Source of the DNA: Acidobacteriota bacterium
GTDB lineage: Bacteria; Acidobacteriota; Vicinamibacteria; Vicinamibacterales; UBA2999
DNA: 64,000 nt
NCBI GenBank assembly: GCA_016210845.1
Contig: JACQTK010000041.1
Span: forward strand, 1,781-65,780
Reading direction: 5' to 3'
The translations under genes and the position numbers were made by a program. Positions 61,025 to 64,000 of the stretch are shown here, one piece after another. How positions within the stretch are numbered: position 1 is the first letter of the stretch; every line of letters starts with the position of its first letter. The notes under the pieces are model-generated. The model was not told where the DNA came from. It worked only from the letters and a program-made list of their open reading frames with translations, and did not search any database.

Positions 61025-62107
61025 TCAAATCCTCGCGGAACCCGCCCTACGTACTCCGGTGGTACGTAGGCCGGGTTCCGCGGCGCGCGTGATCAGGCGC
61101 CGCGGACCCGGCGGTGTTCGGGCTACTCCCGCGATACGCGATGGCGCCGTGGGCGAGACGACCAGCGTGTTCACGAGGATCCGCTGGCCGTCGGGCGCGA
61201 CGTCGAACCCGTGTGAGTCGAGGAAGAAGAACCGGGGCTCGAAGAGGCGCTGCATCACACCCACCTCGACGGTCGCGCCCTCGCCGTTGACGGCGGTGAC
61301 CATGAGGCTGCGGTCCTGCCCGACGTAGAAGATCTCCCTGCCGTCGCGGCTCCAGCGCGCCTGGCTGCCGCCATCGGCCGAGACGCGCCGCCTGGCGGCC
61401 ATACCGGCCGGAGTCGGCGGAAACGGCGCCACGTACACTTCGGCGAGTCCGGATTCGGTCGAGCTGTAGGCCACCCATCGGCCATCAGGAGAGAACGCGG
61501 CCCAGTTCTCGCTCGCGTCCTCGGTCCGCGAGAAGGGGAACGGCTGCCGGTTGCCGAAGAGCGGCAGCACCATCACGTCGTTGTCCACCGCGTCGCCGAC
61601 CCTCCGGCTCGTCACGAAGAGGATGTGGCGGCCGTCTGGAGCCCAGCTCACCGGCCACATGCCGTTCTCGAGGAGCATCTCGGGCGCGCTGCCGGCCGTC
61701 GAGGCGGATTGGAAGAGGTCGAGCCGTCCGGGCCCGTTGCGGGTGGAGTTGAACACGATCCGGCGGCCGTCGCGCGACCAGATCGCCCAGTTCTCGTCGG
61801 CGTCGCCCGCCGTGAACCTCGTGCGTGCGGCGCTGGCGACGTCGTACAGCCAGATATCGCGCGTTCCGACGGCCGTATCCAGGATCGTCACGGCGACCTG
61901 GCGTCCGTCGGGCGACAGCTCGATGTTGCCGTGATTCGCCACGGGGCCCACCGTGCCGAGCCGCGCGCCGGTGCGGTCGAACCAGACGAGCTGCGACAGC
62001 AGCGACAGCGACCCGCCTTGGGCGCTGACCAGCGCAGCCTGTCCGTGCACGGTGACGAGCGCCGCGACGGCCGCCGCGGCCGTGAGCAGTGAAAGCGGGC
62101 TCAGCAT
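61025..62107 (-). CDS. secreted PD40/TolB-like beta-propeller protein
   Basis: Internal ATG (MLSPLSLLTAAAAVAALVTV) of ORF 61025..62302. Has repeated SPDGR/WSRDGR/FSPDGRW motifs. Confidence 0.8.
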   Translation of the reverse strand: MLSPLSLLTAAAAVAALVTVHGQAALVSAQGGSLSLLSQLVWFDRTGARLGTVGPVANHGNIELSPDGRQVAVTILDTAVGTRDIWLYDVASAARTRFTAGDADENWAIWSRDGRRIVFNSTRNGPGRLDLFQSASTAGSAPEMLLENGMWPVSWAPDGRHILFVTSRRVGDAVDNDVMVLPLFGNRQPFPFSRTEDASENWAAFSPDGRWVAYSSTESGLAEVYVAPFPPTPAGMAARRRVSADGGSQARWSRDGREIFYVGQDRSLMVTAVNGEGATVEVGVMQRLFEPRFFFLDSHGFDVAPDGQRILVNTLVVSPTAPSRIAGVARTPPGPRRLITRAAEPGLRTTGVRRAGSARI

Positions 62108-62373
62108 GTCTCGCCCGTGGCCGACCAGCCGTCTCGCAGGAGAATCCCGCGTATCTCGTCGGACCTCGCCAGGGCCAGCTCCATGGAGTCGTAGTTCTCG
62201 GCACGGTCCATCACGCCGTCGAAGAACCAGGTCAGCGTCGCGTGCGTGCCGCCGGGGAAGATTGTGGCATGAGCGGTCGAACGGCCGCGCGTCAGCCTCC
62301 ACAGCACCGCGGGATCGCTCGGGTCGACGCTCATCCAGTCAAATGTACGCCCCACCCTGCGTACAATATCCAT
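62101..62373 (-). CDS. hypothetical protein (90 aa)
   Basis: Internal ATG (MDIVRRVGRTFDWMSVDPSD...) of ORF 62101..62538, with unbiased composition. Confidence 0.5.
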   Translation of the reverse strand: MDIVRRVGRTFDWMSVDPSDPAVLWRLTRGRSTAHATIFPGGTHATLTWFFDGVMDRAENYDSMELALARSDEIRGILLRDGWSATGETC

Positions 62374-62376
62374 CGA

Positions 62377-62553
62377 ATGAACGAGACTGCGAGAAAAACA
62401 CTGCCCTGCGGATGCCAGGTCGATACGCAGCGCGACTACCTGGGCCGCGTGGTCGGGACGATCGTCGCCCGCGGGGAGGCCTGCCCGCGTCCGGAGCACG
62501 TGTCCGGTCACGTCGTCGTCATGCCCGGCCGCGAGCACGCCAGGCCGGAATGA
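62377..62553 (+). CDS. small Cys/His protein, paralog of 16215..16439
   Basis: MNETARKTLPCGCQVD...GEACPRPEHVSGH. The stop overlaps the next ATG (ATGA at 62550-62553). Confidence 0.45.
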   Translation: MNETARKTLPCGCQVDTQRDYLGRVVGTIVARGEACPRPEHVSGHVVVMPGREHARPE

Positions 62554-63743
62554 ACATCGCCAGCGTGTCCTGGGGAGACCATCTGGCCTTCGGCGAGGGC
62601 GACGGTCGGCTCGACACCCTCGAGGCCCTGAGCCGGAGGCTGCGCGTGTGGCGCGAGGAGCTGAGGGCTGGCGCTCTCCACTGGCGGATGCTGCGCACGC
62701 GGCTGGAAGGGCGCTTCTTCGCGGCGCGGGGCTACCGCCATCCCACGCTGGCCGCCGCGCGGTCGCTGACCTGGAACGACTTCGAACTCGTGCCCGCGCT
62801 GGCGCACGAGGCCGGCCTCGAGGCGTGGCTGTACGTGAGCCTGTTCGACGAGGGCTGGCCGCTGGCCCCGCCGCGCGTGCGGGCGGTGAGCCATCACAAC
62901 GCGATGCACGGCCAGCACGTCGCGTGGCAGAGCGACCTGACCCGCCTCCACCCCGAATGGATCACGACCGATCGTACCGGCCGCCTGCGGCAGCACGGTG
63001 TCGTCTCCCTGGCCTATCGGGAGGCGCGCCAGGCCTTCATCGACCGCTGGGACGCGCTGGTGGCCCCTACGCGCTTCGACGGCCTGTTCGTGTGCCTGCG
63101 GTCGCAGTCGCGGCCCGCGGACCACGGCGACCAGTTCGGCTTCAACGCCCCAGTCCGCGCGGACTGTCTCGCGCGATATGGCGACGACATCGCCAGTGGC
63201 GAGTTCGGCGTGCAGGCGTGGCGCGATCTGCTGGGCGAGTATCTGACGACGTTCCTGGTCGAGCTGCGCGACGCGCTCGGACGTCGCGGCCGCCGTCTCG
63301 GCGTTGGTGTCGCGCGCGGCGACGTCCTGGGACCGCCGCTGGGCAACATGACGCTGCCGTGGCGCGAGTGGGTCCGCCGCGGCCTCGTCGATCAGCTCGT
63401 CGTCGACCAGAACTCGTGCCGCTGTCCGTCGATGTGGCACGAGCTCTGGCCGATGCATCGCGGCACGGGGTACGTGCAGAACTATCTCGACGGGACGGGA
63501 TTGCCGCCGCTCGTGGAACACCTGCGGACCGCGTATGCCCCCGCGGTCGACGGTACAGGTGCGGAGTTGTTCGTCGCGCGCCAGTGGGGCGACCGATCGG
63601 AGACACAGGAGCGGGAGCTGCAGGCGCTCGAGGGCGTCGCGGGGCTGGTCTTCAGCAGCTTCCGTCACGACAATCCGAATGCGATTGCGCGCGGCGACTG
63701 GCGCGCGGGACGCCTCGCCACGAAGAGCACGAAGACGGATTAA
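62550..63743 (+). CDS. hypothetical protein (397 aa)
   Basis: Internal ATG of track ORF 61953..63743 (MNIASVSWGDHLAFGEG...). No family recognised. Confidence 0.65.
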   Translation: MNIASVSWGDHLAFGEGDGRLDTLEALSRRLRVWREELRAGALHWRMLRTRLEGRFFAARGYRHPTLAAARSLTWNDFELVPALAHEAGLEAWLYVSLFDEGWPLAPPRVRAVSHHNAMHGQHVAWQSDLTRLHPEWITTDRTGRLRQHGVVSLAYREARQAFIDRWDALVAPTRFDGLFVCLRSQSRPADHGDQFGFNAPVRADCLARYGDDIASGEFGVQAWRDLLGEYLTTFLVELRDALGRRGRRLGVGVARGDVLGPPLGNMTLPWREWVRRGLVDQLVVDQNSCRCPSMWHELWPMHRGTGYVQNYLDGTGLPPLVEHLRTAYAPAVDGTGAELFVARQWGDRSETQERELQALEGVAGLVFSSFRHDNPNAIARGDWRAGRLATKSTKTD

Positions 63744-63750
63744 GACAGCT

Positions 63751-64000
63751 CTACCTTTCGAGCATCAACAATCCCACGGACACCGTGGCGAGCAGCCAAA
63801 GGGCCACGGGCACTTCGCGGTGCCGGCCGCTCACGGCGTACAGCAGGGCGTGCAGGATGAACCCCCACAGGATGCCCTGCGTGATGGAAAACGTGAGCGG
63901 GATCAGCACGATGGTGACGAAGGGCGGCAGTGAATCCTCGATCGAGGAGAAGTCGAGTCGGGCGATCGTCTGGAACATGGCGGCGCCCACCAGCACCAAC
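63751..64000 (-). CDS. NCS2/AzgA-family purine permease, 3' end only (gene continues beyond the right edge)
   Basis: Frame is open to nt 64000. Reads ...LPPFVTIVLIPLTFSITQGILWGFILHALLY... Confidence 0.7.
   Translation of the reverse strand, partial: LVLVGAAMFQTIARLDFSSIEDSLPPFVTIVLIPLTFSITQGILWGFILHALLYAVSGRHREVPVALWLLATVSVGLLMLER

Overview
High-GC bacterial chromosomal segment. An Acidobacteriota-like host is my inference from a TIGR03436-type VWA protein, many PD40/TolB-like proteins and Omp85-type proteins. Coding density is high, with about 45 core genes. These include an NtrC/HK pair next to a cupredoxin/beta-barrel cluster, fdxA, two tandem TPR-aspartic-protease paralogs, and a 1038-aa MA-peptidase/PD40/Omp85 protein. 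Also present are an ECF sigma/anti-sigma pair, TlpA, SCO, DUF72, LigD-PE, a POT transporter, a CCAEP-tail radical SAM plus ATP-grasp pair, yggX, OmpA, a Mo-oxidoreductase and ispG. Two things stand out. (1) About 26.3-45.4 kb is a decayed integrative island of roughly 19 kb. It is inserted in a TPM-domain gene, and its mobility genes are broken: a frameshifted large serine recombinase, a frameshifted resolvase, an ISKra4-like fragment and Xis/HTH fragments. Its large cargo ORFs are intact. One cargo module is a Ser/Thr-kinase::Upf1-like helicase plus an HKD/PLD nuclease (Mokosh type I-like). The other is three translationally coupled helicase-derived ORFs of mosaic architecture. (2) Outside the island almost every intergenic region holds one of three structured repeat families. 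These are an about 150-bp three-hairpin element (8 copies), REP-like hairpins with covarying stems and a fixed CTGAAG loop (at least 12 sites, some in-frame inside CDSs), and hairpins built from tandem 7-8-mers. None of them occurs inside the island. Several core ORFs look like internally deleted versions of known families (LemA, TPM, TamA/TamB, NDH-2). By eye I found no rRNA, tRNA or CRISPR. All family assignments come from motif recognition, with no searches run. Repeat coordinates may be off by 1-2 nt.
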